Source: Selaginella moellendorffii (taxonomy: Eukaryota; Plantae; Lycopodiophyta). Taken from it: a DNA stretch of 64,000 bases. Both the position numbers and the translations under genes were made by a program. The stretch is from assembly GCF_000143415.4 (NCBI RefSeq), contig NW_003314266.1, positions 3,165,923 through 3,229,922 on the forward strand. Direction: 5' to 3'. Of this stretch, positions 34,731-49,500 are shown piece after piece. Position 1 is the first letter of the stretch. Every line of letters starts with the position of its first letter. The notes beneath the pieces were generated by a model. It ran no database searches, had not been told where the DNA came from, and saw only the letters and a list, made by a program, of their open reading frames with translations.

Positions 34731-37700
34731 CCGTCTAACCAGAGTCTCAGATCCACCGCTAGATGTAGTCACGTTTAACCCTTGCCGCTGAAAAATATCT
34801 AGATATTTTCTTGGAAAAGTATCACCCAAGATCAAGCACAAAAAGAGAAAAGGAAGATTGAAGAACATGCTCCCACACCCGTTCGCCACGCCCTCGTGCC
34901 TCATTCAGCCATGGCCAGCTTGCCAATCCCTTCAGCCATGGACTGGCCGCGAGCTGGCCAGTCTCATTCAGCCATGCGAGCTGACCATGAGAGCCTGAAA
35001 AAAAAAACTGGGAACAAGAACACATAGCCACGGCCATGGCTGTGGCCGCCATGGTCGTGGCCGCATTGCTATGGCCTCCCCATCACCTCTAAAATCCAAG
35101 AATGCCCATCTATGGAAAGATCTCTATTTCTCCTTGAAATTTAGTCATGTGGTTTATATTAATAATAATTAATAATATTAATGTTAAGAGAAAAGTTTAA
35201 GAAGAAAAATCACAATAAGAATATTCTAAAATATGCTTAAATATTCTAGATATATTCCTTACAGATCAAATCTTAATAATTATCATTTAAATGTTAATCA
35301 TTATATCAAAAAAGAAATAGGATTAAAAAAAAATCAAATGATATTATGATACCATGATAGAAATGTTGTATATTGATTTCCAACTTTGGATGAATGTAGA
35401 CAATTTCCCTAGGTCCTTTATTAAATGCCGCTCTGAAAGTACAAAAACTTCTAAATTAGAAATTAAAATCTTCTAGAAAGATCCATGTTGCCCATCTGAT
35501 CACATTGTTAGCTAAGCAATTTGGGCACAACACCACAATGGGCAAACTCAAGGAACTAAGGAAACAACTTAAGCTTAGCATATCATAAATCATTATTGAG
35601 AATCTAGTCAAGGCTACTTCAATGTTATTATATGTAAGTAGACTAACTTCATCATCAACCACTTTGGAGTTGATCATCATTTAACCAAGCAACTTCGTAA
35701 ATATATTACTCAATATTACATGGATATAATATAAAATTACAATGTCTTGATCATCAATTGAGCAACACCATGAGCGATACCCATGTTATTACTTCAAAGG
35801 TTTATGTGACTATCAAGTGCTAACTTGATTCGACAAAATGCAACATAAATGTCACACTCCACTAATAAAGATTTACAACACCCAATACCACTAACTTTTA
35901 TTCACAACACAGACAAATTCATGCCACTCTTTTTTCGACCAAACTCAAAACTAATCTAACACCAAGCTACTTAAGGAGCAATAACAAGGTTTTCTGGAAA
36001 AGAATTAAGCATTGCAACCCAAGTCTCCAATAGCAAGCTTAGACAAAATGGCTTAGTGCTTCACTGCTATCCATCCCATAACTCACCATTTATAAGACCA
36101 TCATATCTAACATGCATCCTTGATTGCATATTGTGAACACAAGCAATGAGTCACACCCCGTTGCAAATCATTTTTCCAAAAGGAGAAAATGATTTACATA
36201 TTTAATCCTTCGTCCCTAATAACTCTCTTTTCAGCCTTGTCCTCTCGACGTGCTACTCCTCAAGGATAGGCCCACTCCTAGGACCTTCCGATGCCAATAT
36301 CAATGGTGATATACTTAAGCACCAATAAAAGTCGGACTAAGGAATAGCTCCGATACCAAGTTGTAAGCGACTAATTTTTCCATTCTACTTTAGTCACTTA
36401 ACCACACCTTCGACCGCTTGAAGGAGTCTCATTCACAACCTCCTTAAGTCCAATTCAGGACTTGGCTACTTTGACCAAACCTCAAGCTTGCTTTCGCATT
36501 ACTTTCAGTTCAATCCAAGAAAAGTTTATAAGAAAGCACGGCAATGATTACTTGAATCAATAGACTCATCCCTACAATCTTGATTGAGCCACTCATAATC
36601 ATATTTAGGAAGGATCACTAGTGCCGTGCTAAACAGCTACGGACCAACCTATTTGCCACTCATAGCAAACCCAGGGAATGTTTACTTTCACTCATGGTAC
36701 ATGGAACAACTCATGGAACCATTGGAACAACTCATGGAACCATCGATAGATTAATATTAATCCTGCCAACTCAAAGTGTAACCTTGAGTTGCTAATGTGC
36801 CTCACTTATGAGCCCAGGCACAAACTCGTGCAAACGAAGCATCTCAGTCCATCTTATGAGCCCAAGCACAAGCTCACACAATATGGTACAAAAAGGTAAC
36901 AAAATCCTTACCCAAGGAACGATTGCGAAGCCTTTACACCCAAATGTATACCCACTCGGATAATTGTTTTCATCTCTACATATACAATGAGACTAGTTGC
37001 CCAATCTCATTGGATAGTATTCACTAAGACTATCCTCTGATACCAAATGTAGTGCACGTGGTTTTTACCCTTTATCCTATGGTGATTTACTATAGGATAA
37101 CCATGGAAGTGGAACCTAAACCCTCTATATGCCACGTGTCCAAAGGATAGTGGTGTGGAACCCGAGTTTCAAGGCCTTGGGCCACTAAACGAAAGAACGG
37201 TGCCAAACTCCCAAGCATGGAGCTAATGTCGCGCATGTGACTTCGGGTATCGAAAGTTACCTGTCGACTTGTCCTTACGGACACTCTTACCTTATTGCCA
37301 CGATGGCAGGAGGTCGGTATTGTTGGTTACCTTTATTAGCCCCTCTTGTTCAAGTGTTAGTTTACTGGGCTTAGCATCTGTACTTAGCCAGATGGACATA
37401 AGGTAGGAACTCCTATGTGTTTCTAGCTGAGCATTCTCGGCCTAGCTCTTAGTTCTCTTTTGCTTTGTCTTGCACTGGCTTGGCAAGAACCCTCGCGTAT
37501 TGAGATTGGTCCCTCAATATCGCCAGATGATAGCTTACCGTGTCTGCCAAACACCCTCGCTATCATGCCCTTTGTGTTAGTCTCATTTCGGTCCCAAATG
37601 CTATTTATGGAAAGTGTCTAGATTTGCTCATTTAGCATATCTACGGAATGTAGAAATCGTCCTGAACACAATGGTGTTTGTCCCGTGTCCAAATTCGCAA

Positions 37701-40700
37701 TCTAGGGACATTCCATATTTAGTAAGTTTCGAGCTTGTCCTAGAGACTAACTCCTGATACTAAGGGAGGCTTAGGGTGAAAGCCCAAAGCGTGTGTTCCT
37801 AAGGGGGGGGGGGGGGGGCTGTGGGGGGTTCCAAATGTATAGTAGGGATAGTGGGTAGGTCGGGCATGGCTGACCAACTTGAGGTATAGTCTAGCTCCCG
37901 CTTGTGTGCTTGTCCTTGTTCTGCGTCCGGCTTGAGTCTAAGCCCAAGTTCCATTCCATGCTAGCTAGTGGAGTACCCATATCCTCGCGTTAGGCCACCA
38001 GTATGCCGAAATAGCGCCAGACTCCGTTTAGCTCCGTTTTGCGTGTTGGTCCTGGCATTGGGATGCTAGTTACTCTAGGACTGTTCCAAGTCGCTTCGAG
38101 CTCCTGCTTCTTCGCTCCTTGGGCTTTATGCTCGGGAGTTGCTCCGTGGTTCGGTTCCGTCACTCCTTGGCTCCATGCTTGGGAGTTTGGCACCGTTCCT
38201 TCGTTCAGTGGCCCAAGGCCCTGAACCTCGGGTTCCTATGGACACGTGGCATGGACACGTGGCATGTGACACGTGGCATATGTCACGTGGCACAAAGAGG
38301 GTTTAGGTTCCGCTTTGTGGTGTTATCCTATGGTAAATCACCATAGGATAAAGGGTTAAAACCACGTGTGCTACATTTGGTACCAGAGGAAGAGTCTCAA
38401 CGAGTATTATTCAATGAGATTGGGCAACTAGTCTCGTTGCATACGTAGAGATGAAAATGATGATCCGAGTGGGTACACGTTTGGGTGCAAAGACTTCACA
38501 TTTGTTCCTTGGGTATGGATTCGGTTACCTTGTTGTACCATATTCTGTGAGCTTGAGCTTGGGCTCACAAGAGGGATTGAGTTGTTCCATGTACCATGGG
38601 TAAAAGCAAACCTTCCCTAAGTTTGCTATGAGTGGCAATAGGCTGGTCTGTAGCTATTTAGCACGGCACTAGTGGATCCTTCCTAGGCATGATTACAAGT
38701 GAATCAATCAAGACTATAGGGATGAGTCTATTGATTCAAGTAACCATTGTTGTGCTCTCTCATAAACTTTTCTTGGATTGGACTGAAGGCAGTGCGAATG
38801 CAAGCTTGAGGTGTAGTCAAAGATGAGGAGTCGTCGGGGACGAAGGATCAAACACATAAATCATTTTCTCTTCTTGGAAAGATAATTTGCAACGAGGTGT
38901 TAACTCATTGCTCGTGTTCACATTATGCAATCAAGAGTCCCTACCTTGATGCATGTTGGAAATGATCGTCTTACAAGTGGTGAGTCATGGGATGGATAGT
39001 GGTGAAACGTTATACCATTTTGTCTAAGATTGCTATGGAAGACTGGGGTTGCAATGCTCAATTCTTTTCCGGAGAACCTTGCTATTGCTCCTTGAGTAGC
39101 TTGGTGTTGGATTAGTATTGAGTTTGGTCGGATAGAGAGTAGCATGAGCTTGTCCATATTGTGAACAAAAGTTAATGGTGTTGAGTGTTGTAAATCTCTA
39201 TTGGTGGAGTGTCGCATTTATGTTGCATTTTATCGAATCGAGTTGACACTTGATAATCACATAAACCTTTGAAGTAATGACATGGGTGTTGCTCATAGTG
39301 TTGCTCAATTGATGATCAAGTCATTGTGATTACCATATCATATCCATGTGATAATGAGCAATGTGTTTACGAAGTTGCTTGGTTAAACGATGATCAACCC
39401 TAAAGTGGTTGATGGTGAAGCTAGTCTACTTACACGAAGTAGCATTGTAGTAGCTTTGACTAGATTCTCGATAGTTGCTAAGCTTAAATTGGTTCCTTAG
39501 TTCATAGAGTTTGCTCATTAAGGTGTTGGAAAGGGTTGTAGCATTCATTTGCTATAGCTCATTAGTTGATCCGTTAACATTTGGAGTAGATTGTTGGATA
39601 GAGAAGGTGTGAGGTTGAGGCATTGACATTACTAGCACTTGTGTTAGTGGAAGTGGCATTGTTATTTTAAGTGATGAGGAAGTTTCTTTAGAGCTTAATT
39701 TTCCATGTCATTTTTCTTGTTAGTGTTTTAGCTCCACATTGGATCTTGAAGGTGGTTGAAGAAGAGTGTTAGTGCAATGTGGATATCCGAAGATGTGGTC
39801 TTCGTGATCAAGCCTTAGATGTTCCATTTGCATTTTACGGATGTCAGTGTTGGATGTCGAAAGAATGGGTAAAAAGATGTTCAAGGCTTAAGCATATTAT
39901 GGGTCATGAGAATTTGTGTTGAGGTGAACCTATGTGAAGTTGTTAGTAGGAGGAAGTTGGTTGAGTTTTGAAAGTTTGCATTCTTAGACTGAGAGTCATT
40001 CTTTCTCTAGGATGGAAATTTTTCCACAAATTTTCTTAAGCTCTTCCAATGGCTAATCTGTTGATCACTTTGTATGAAAACCATTCCGTTTTCGTAAACT
40101 AGTACAAACTAGTGAAGGGGTTGAAGTTGACTTTGGTTAACTTAGACCTTAGTATATAGTTTGTATGATGCAGCCCGAAAGGGATGCTAACTTTTGGGGC
40201 TAAGGCAATTGAGTTGGATAGAGTCTGGAGTTAGTGTAGAAAAGTGGCCGTTGCACTTTTCTAGAAAGGTGACGCTTGTGCCTTTCTTTTGTAGCATTAT
40301 GCTTGGTGGCAGGTTGCACTTTGCATTTCGTTAGACTCTATGAGAGTAGTGAGCTCTCATTGATCTTGACTTGGTCTTGGTGGACCTGCGCCTTGACTGA
40401 GGATAGTGATATCCAACTTAGTTGTTTGCAGTTAAGATGTTGGTACCTGTATTATAACTTTGTCTATAAGGAGGTTGTGTACCGATATGGATCCATCTCA
40501 TGGTCTTCGCTTTAGTTTCGACTAAGTGTTAATCATGCATAGCTAGCCTCTTCAAAACATGCTCAAAGCTATTGGTTAAACGTGTTAATGAGCTTATCGC
40601 GGTTGAGTTGGATTTGAGTGGTCATTTAGTTTGTGCTTGTCCATGAACCTTTATCTCATATCTGGGGTATTACATTCATGTTGGACAAGTGTGTAACTCA

Positions 40701-43513
40701 ATGGCATGAGTTAGTGTTTGGGTCTTGTGAAAGGCAAGACAAGTGATTGTTGGTTGCTTTACAACTAGTGATTGCTTGTAGACTTTGTCAAGGGCTTTTG
40801 ACACTTGCTTCACTCGATGATGATTTAGCAGTGATGGGCTTGCTTTACTAGATGGGGTTGTAGAGGATCGTGTCGTTAGACTTACATGGGTTTTCCATGT
40901 TGGCATGTCGACTCTACCTCTATTGATATCATTTGGTTGCGTTTAATTCATAGTGTTGGATTTCATTGAGTCTTGGACGTGGTGATTCACTCCTTGAGAA
41001 AGTGTTATCTATAACTGAGTTTTGCTAAAAGATTGGTCTCGGATACTAACTAAAGTATCTTCGACCTTGGTTAGTTTGGTTGCTAGAGAACTTTGAGTGG
41101 TGATACACTCGTGCTTTCTTCTAGCTTTGTTCTAGTGTTGATGGCATTGAAGTGATGCCTTATCGTTGACATTGTCGATGTTGAAATTTTAGTGAAATGA
41201 GATGCCTCTCTGCAAGATTGATGTTGAGTTTCATTAATTTTGATGAAGATAGTGTTGATGATTTGGCTATAGCTTTGTGTTATTAGCATTCTTGCATTTG
41301 CTAGTTAGCAATTGTGTTGACGTTCAAATGAACTGAGTGGCAAGTTTGAGTTAGTTGTGTTCTAAACGAGATTATTTAGTAGGGGTTAAGCTTTAGCTTT
41401 TCCTTGAAAAATGATTCAGTTGTGGACTATGCTAACTCTACAAGCAAAAGAGTTAATAATTGATATTGGAATGTTTGAATCCTTATTGGATTTGAGTTGG
41501 AATATATTGATCATTGATGATTCTTCTTGTGCTTGTTATAAAGTGAGTTACGTCTTGCTATAGATGGATTCATGGAGGATCGTTTGGTGATCACTTGTTA
41601 AGCATAGTTTCGTTATGCTTAGCTTTTGGATTGATGCAGATATGCTCTTCATTAACTTTGGCATTATGAAGTTTAGCTTATAAATGTGTTGAGGAAGATA
41701 TTGTGGGTTGCACCATAATTTCTTCTTTAGCATTGAAGTTAGTTCATGTGAGACTTGTGATCATTGTTAGAAAAGATTTGGCTATAGACTTCTTCAAACT
41801 TTTGGTTCTTTGAGTTTTATGCTTGTTATTCCATTTGTTAGAAGTTGTTGGGGAAGGCATTATGGCTCATTAGCTTCAATATTGAAGTTGGCTTTTGCAT
41901 TTTGCAGTCATTGGTGATGATTAATTATCATCTAAGATAATTGATTATCCTTATCAAAGGTTTTGCTTGATTATTGTTGATAGATTGTTTTTTCGATGAT
42001 GATTATGCATATCTCTTTTGATGGGATGATCGATGATCTTTCATGGTGGTTAGTTGTTATCTTTGATGGCTTTTGGCTTTTAGCAATACTACATGTTTTT
42101 TGTGGTTTGCTCTGGATTGGTCTTTTGGGTTTGAGACATCAGTAGGATGTTTTTGACACTTGCTTAGGCAACTTAAGTTCCTTAGTATTGTTGGCTGGGA
42201 TCTATTTGGATTGGCTCGTGTGATAGTTGATATGACCGAGTGTTTGTTGGCCATGCAACATTCATTCTATTTTGTTGATTATTGCTCAAGTTTATTCTGA
42301 TAGATTGGAATGTTATTTCCTCCGAGTGATACATTCGCGAGCATTTTGCTTGCTTGACGATGATACTTTGTGTTCTTTGAGTTCCCTTTTCTAAGTTGTT
42401 TGGCATTCTATCTGCAATCTTTGATAGTTAAGTTTGGTCATTGAGTTTTCTTGATGATACACTTGCTATTGAATTTTGTTGGATGGTCATTCTTGTGTTT
42501 GCCAAATTATGATGATCTTGGTGGTTCCTATCTACAATATTATTAGTTTATCGGATGATAACTTACTTGGAATACTTTTGTGTTCTAATCTAAGATATAC
42601 TCATTGATAATTAAGTTTCTAAGATATCATTGTTTATGACTTTGATATTGTCCCTCTATTGATCTTTGAGTTTGGGCCAGTATAGGCAGACTGGCTTCGG
42701 CACTTCCTATGCATGTTGAAATCTTTAGTCATGGGGTAGCTACTGTCGACTGGTCACATAACCCGCCTCTCTGTTGATATTTCTTATTCTGTTAAAAGGG
42801 CGTGACCATGTAAACAACTCTAACTGTCTGTTTACAGTAGTCTATCTAAACCTTACCGACGGGTTTGGTTTCTTTGCTCAGGAGGGTTGGGGCCTCTGGC
42901 TTCTCTCTCTATGTCCTTGCGGGCAGGGGCGTATCACACTTTTGTAAGCTGGGTGACTCCCAGAGCAGCAAGGGTGGCTAACTCCATTGGTCATTTCCTT
43001 GTCGGCAACGGCCGGAAGGTGTCTGAGCTGGTAGCGCATCCGCGTTAGACAAAGAGGTTGCCTCCTAACTCATTTAAGTTGGTGCATTTCTCACATAGTG
43101 TGAATATTGTGAACTTTCTCTAGAGTTGTTTCCTTGGCGGTATTCTAGACTCGAGTGTGCATCGACGAGGACGTCGATCTTCCCTAGGGGGGGAGAGTGT
43201 CGCACATGTGACTTCGGGTATCAAAAGTTACCTGTCAACCTGTCCTTACGGACACTCTTACCTTACTGCCATGATGGCAGGAGGTCGGTATTGCTGGTTC
43301 CCTTTATCAGCCCCTCTTGTTCAAGTGTTAGTTTACTGGGCTTAGCATCTGTACTTAGCCAGATGGACATAAGGTAGGAACTCCTATGTGTTTCTAGCTG
43401 AGCATTCTCGGCCTGGCTCTTAGTTCTCTTTTGCTTTGTCTTGCACTGGCTTGGCAAGAACCCTCGCGTATTGAGATTGGTCCCTCAATATCGCCGGATG
43501 ATAGCTTACCGTG

Positions 43514-46500
43514 TGTAGCGCACGTGGTTTTGACCCTTTATCCTATGGTGATTTACCATAGGATAACACCACGAAGCGGAACCTAAACCCTCTTTGTGCC
43601 ACGTGACAGATGCCACGTGTCACATGCCACGTGTCCATGCCACGTGTCCATAGGAACCCGAGGTTCAGGGCCTTGGGCCACTGAACGAAGGAACGGTGCC
43701 AAACTCCCAAGCGTGACGCCAAGGAGTGATGGAACCGGACCACGGAGCAACTCCCGAGCATATAGCCCAAGGAGCGAAGGGACAGGGGCCCGGAGCGACT
43801 TGGAACAGTCCTAGAGCAACCAGCATCCCAATGCTAGGACCAGCACGCAAAACGGAGCCAAACGGAGTCTGGCGCTATTTCGGCATACCGGTGGCCTAAC
43901 GTGAGAGTATGGGTACTCCACCAACTAGCATGGAATGGAACTTGGGCTTAGACCCAAGCCGGACGCAGAACAAGGACAGGCACGCAAGCGGGAGCTAGAC
44001 TATGCCTCAGGTTGGTCGGCCATGCCCGACCTACCCACTATCCCTACTATACATTTGGAACCCCCCATAGCCCCCCCCCCTTGAGGAACACACGCTTTGG
44101 GCTTTCACCCCAAGCCTCCCTTAGTATCAGGAGTTAGTCTCTGGGACAAGCTCAAAACTTACTAAATATGGAATGTCCCTAGATTGCGAATTTGGACATG
44201 GGACGAACACCATTATGTTCAGGACGATCTCTACATTCCGTAGATATGCCAAATGAGCAAATCTGGACACTTTCCATAAATAGCATTGGGACCAAAATGA
44301 GACTAACACAAAGGGCATGATAGCGAGGGTGTTTGGCAGACACGGTAAGCTATCATCTAGCGATGTTGAGGGACCAATCTCAATATCGCGGGGGTTCTTG
44401 ATACTAGCAAGTGCAAGCCAATGACTCAAGTTTCTCAAACCAGGCCGAGTATGCTCAGCAAGAAACACATAGGGTTCCTACCTTATGTTTATCCAATCTA
44501 AGTGCATGTTCATTGACCAGTTTCTCAACTAGTTCAAGTGGGAACTGATAACGGGTCCAGCAATACCGACCTCCTGCCATCGTGGCAGTAAGGTAAGAGT
44601 GTCCGTAAGGACTGGCCGACAGGTAACTTTCGATACCTGAAGTCACATTCGCGACACTCTCCCCCCCTTGGGAAGATCGACGTCCTCGTCGATGCACACT
44701 CGAGTCTAGAATACCGCCAAGGAAACAACTCCAGAAAAAGTTCACGGTACTCACACTATGTGAGAAATGCACCAACTTAAATGAGTTAAGGGGGCAACCT
44801 CTTTGTCTAACACGGATGCGCTACCAGCTCAGACACCTTCCGGCCGTCGCCGACAAGGAAATGACCAACGGAGTCAGCCACCCTTGCTGCTCTGGGAGTC
44901 ACCCAGCTTACAAAAGTGTGATATGCCCCTGCCCGCAGGAACATAGAGAGAGAAGCCAGAGGCCCCAACCCTCCTAAGCAAAGAAACCAAACCCGTCGGT
45001 AAGGTTTAGATAGACTACTGTCAACAGGCAGTTTAGAGTTGTTTACACGGTCACGCCCTTTCACGGAACAAGGAACATCGACAGAGAGGCGGGTTATGTG
45101 ACCAGTCGACAGTAGCTACCCCATGACTAGAGATTTCACCATGCACACGAAGTGCCGAAGCCAGTCTGCCTATACTGGCCCAAACTCAAAGAGCAATAGA
45201 TGGACAATATCAAAGTCAGAGACAATGATATCTGAGAAGCTTAATTACTAGTGATTATATCTTAGAGTAGAACACAAAAGTATTCTAAGCAAGTTATCAT
45301 CCGATAAACCAGTAGTATTGTAGATAGGAACCACCAACAGATTATCATAATTTGGCAAACACAGGAATGACCATCCAACAAAATTCAATAGCTAGTATAT
45401 CATTAAGGAAACTCAATGATGAAACTTAACTATCGAAGATAGTAGACAGTAAGCCAACAACTTACTAGAGAGAACTCAAAGAACACAAAGTATCATTGAC
45501 TAACAAGCACAATGCTCGCGAATGTATCACCTAAAGGAAATAACATCCAAATCTATCAAAACTAACTCGAGCAATGATCAACAGAAGAGAATGAATGTGG
45601 TAAGACCAACAAACACTCATTTCTGCCAACTATCACAAAAGCCAATCTGAATAGATCCCAGCCAACAATACCAAGGAACTCAAGTTGCCTAAGCAAGTGT
45701 CAGCAACATCCTACTGACGTCTCAAACCCAAGAGACCAATCCAGAGCAAACCACAAAGAATATGTGGTATTGCGAAAAGCCACAAGCCATCAAAGAGAAC
45801 AACTAACCACCATAAAAGATCATCAATCATCCTATCAATAGAGAAATGCATAATCATCATCGAAGAAAGAATCGACTATCCCGAAGAACAGCAAATCATT
45901 CTATACCAACAATAATCAAGCAAAACCCTTGACAAGGATAATCAACTATCTTAGATGATAGTCAATTATCACCAATGATTGCTAGATGCAAAAGCAAACG
46001 TCAACATCGAAGCTAATGAGCCAAAATGCCTTCCCCAACAACTTCTAACAAATGGAACAATGAGCATAAAACTCAAAGAACCAAAGCTCGAAGAAGCCTA
46101 TAACTAAGTCTTGCCTAATAATGATCACGAGTCACATAGAAGCTAACTTCAATGCTAAAGAAGAAATCATGGTGCAACCCACAATATCTTCCTCAACACA
46201 TCCATAAGCCAAACTTCATAATGCCAAGGCTAATGAAGAGCGTATTTGCATCAATCCAAAAGCTAAGTATAACGAAGCTATGCTCAACACGTGATCATCA
46301 AACGATCCTCCATGAATCCATCTATAGCAAGACGTAACTCACTTCATAACAAGCTCAAAAAGAATCATTAATGATTGCTATATTCCGAACTCAAATCCAG
46401 CAAGGACTCAACATTCTAATATCGATCACTAACTCTTCTTCTCGTAGAGTTAGCATAGTCCACGACTAAATCACTTTTCAAGGAAAAGCTAAAGCTCAAC

Positions 46501-49500
46501 CCTCTACTAAATAATCTTGTCTAGAACACAACTAACTCAACTTGCCACTCAGTTCGTTTGAACGTCAACACAGTTGCTAACTAGCAAATGCACGAATGCC
46601 AACAACACAAAGCTATAGCCAAATCATCAACACTATATTCATCAAGACTAATGAAACTCAATATCAATCTTTTGGAAGGATATCTCATTTCACTCAGATC
46701 TCAATATCAACAATGTCAATGACAAAGCATCACTTCAATGCCATCAACACCAAAACAAAGCTAGAAGAAAGCATGAGTGAATCACCACTCGGAGCTTTCC
46801 AGCAACCAAGCTAACCAAGGTCGAAGATACTTTAATTAGTAACCGAGACCAATCCTTTAGCAAAACTCAGTTACAGATAACACTTCCTCAAGGAGTGAGT
46901 CACCACATTCAAGACTCAATGAAATCCAACACTACGGACAAAATGTAACCAAATGATATCAACAGAGGTAGAGTCAACATGCCAACATGAAAAACTCATG
47001 TAAGTCTAACGACACGATCCTCCACAACACCATCCGGTAAAGCAAGCCCATCACTGCTAAATTATCATCGAGCAAAGCAAGTATCAACAGTCTTTTTGAC
47101 AAAGTCTACAAGTAATCACGAGTCGCAAAGCAACTAACAATCACCCTTTAACTTGCCTTCACAAGACCCAAACACTAACTCTTGTCATCAAGTTATATAC
47201 TTGTCCAACATGAACATAATACCCCAAGTACGAGATAAAAGTTCATAGACAAGCACAAACTAAATGACTACTCGAATCCAACTCAACCGCAATAAGCTCA
47301 CTAATGCATTTAGTCAACAGTTCTGAGCATGCCTTGAAAGAGCTAGCTATGCATGATCAACACTCAGCTGAAACTAAAGTGAANNNNNNNNNNNNNNNNN
47401 NNNNNNNNNNNNNNNNNNNNNNNNNNNNNNNNNNNNNNNNNNNNNNNNNNNNNNNNNNNNNNNNNNNNNNNNNNNNNNNNNNNNNNNNNNNNNNNNNNNN
47501 NNNNNNNNNNNNNNNNNNNNNNNNNNNNNNNNNNNNNNNNNNNNNNNNNNNNNNNNNNNNNNNNNNNNNNNNNNNNNNNNNNNNNNNNNNNNNNNNNNNN
47601 NNNNNNNNNNNNNNNNNNNNNNNNNTGAGAAAAGTGCAACGGCCACTTTTCTATACCAACTCTAGACTCTATCCAACTTAATTGCCTTAGCCTCAAAAGT
47701 CAGCATCCCTTTCGGGCTGCATCATACAAACTACTTACTAAGATCTAAGCCAACCGAAGTCAACTCCAACCCCTTCACTAGTTTGTACTGGCTTTCGAAA
47801 ATGGAATGGTTTTCGGACAAAATGATCGATAGATCAGCCATTGAAAAAGCCTAAGAAAATTTGTGGAAAACTTTCCATCCTAGAGAAAGAATGACTCTCA
47901 GTCCAGGATTGCAAACTTTCACGACTCAAACAACTTCTTCCTACAAACAACTTCACATAGATTCACCTCAACACAAATTCTCATGACCCATAATATGCTT
48001 AAGCATTGAACATCTTTGCCCATTTTTCCAATATCCAACACTGACATCCGCAAAGTGCAAAATGAGCATCCAAGGCTTGATCACAAAGACCACATCATCG
48101 GATATCCACATTGCACTAACACTCTTTTTCAACCACCTTCAAGATCCAATGTGAAGCCAAAACACTAACAAGAAAAATGACATGGAAAATCAAGCTCTAA
48201 GGAAAATTCCTCATCACTCGAATCAACAATGCCACTTCCACTAACACAAGTGCTAGCAATGTCAATGCATCAACCTCACACCTTCTCCATCCAATAATCT
48301 ACTCCAAGTGCTAACGGATCAACAGATGAGCTATAGCAAATGAATGCTACAACCCATTCCCAACACTTAACAGGCAAACTCAAGGAAACAAGGAACCAAC
48401 TTAAGCTTAGCATAATGAACCACCACCGAGAATCCAGTCAAAGCTACTACAATGCTACTTCGTGCAAGTAGACTAGCTTCTCCATTAACCACTTTGGGGT
48501 TGATCATCATTTACCCAAGCAACTTCGTAAACACATTGCTCATTATCACATGGATATGATATAAATCACAATGACTTGATCATCAATTGAGTAACGCAAT
48601 GAGCAAGGCTTATGTTATTACTTCAAATGTTTATGTGAGTATCAAATGCCAACTCGATTCGACAAAATGCAACATAAATGCCACACTCCACCAATAGAGA
48701 TTTACGACACCCAACACCACTAACTTTTGTTCACAACACAGACAAGCTTATGCCACTCTCTTTCCGACCAATCTCAAAACTATTCCAACACCAAGCTACT
48801 CAAGGAGCAATAGCAAGGTTCCCCGGAAAAGAATTGAGCATTGCAACCCAAGTCTTCCAATAGCGAGCCTAGACAAAATGGTTTAGTGTTTCACCACTAT
48901 CCATCCCATAACTCACTATTGTAAAACCACCATCTCCAACATGCATCAAGGTAGAGACTCTTGATTGCATGATGTGAACACAAGCAATGAGTTAACCCCT
49001 CGTTGCAAATCATCTCTCAAGAAGAGAAAATGATTTACGTATTTGATCCTTCGTCCCCGATGACTCTCTTTTCGGTCTCATCTTTGACCAAACCTCAAGC
49101 TTGCTTTCGCACTGCCTTCAGTCCAATCCAAGAAAAGTTTATGAGAGAGCACGGCAATGATTACTTGAACCAATAGACTAATCCCTATAGTCTTGGTTGA
49201 TCCACTTATAATCATGCCTAGGAAGGATCCACTAGTGCCGTGCTAAACAGCTACGGACCAGCCTATTTGCCACTCATAGCAAACCCAGAGAAAGTTTACT
49301 TTTACTTACGGTACATGGAACAACTCATGGAACCACCGATAGGCTAACATTAATCCTGCCAACTCAAAGTGTAACCTCGAGTTGCTAATGTGCCTCACTC
49401 ACGAGCCCAAGCGCAAACTCGTGCAACCGGAACAACTCAGTCCACCCTATGAGCCCAAGAGCAAGCTCACATAATATGGAACAAAAAGGTAACCAAAACC

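Noticed and set aside
22243-35400. Possible terminal inverted repeats for the MULE (TCCAAAGTTG near 22253 vs CAACTTTGGA near 35380)
   Set aside because: Only a 10-bp match with no TSD. The right end was probably lost at the 31.2-kb LTR insertion, so element boundaries remain undefined.
43595-43652. CRISPR-like or iteron-like array
   Set aside because: Eukaryotic LTR context, no unique spacers; it is a short tandem G-box repeat.
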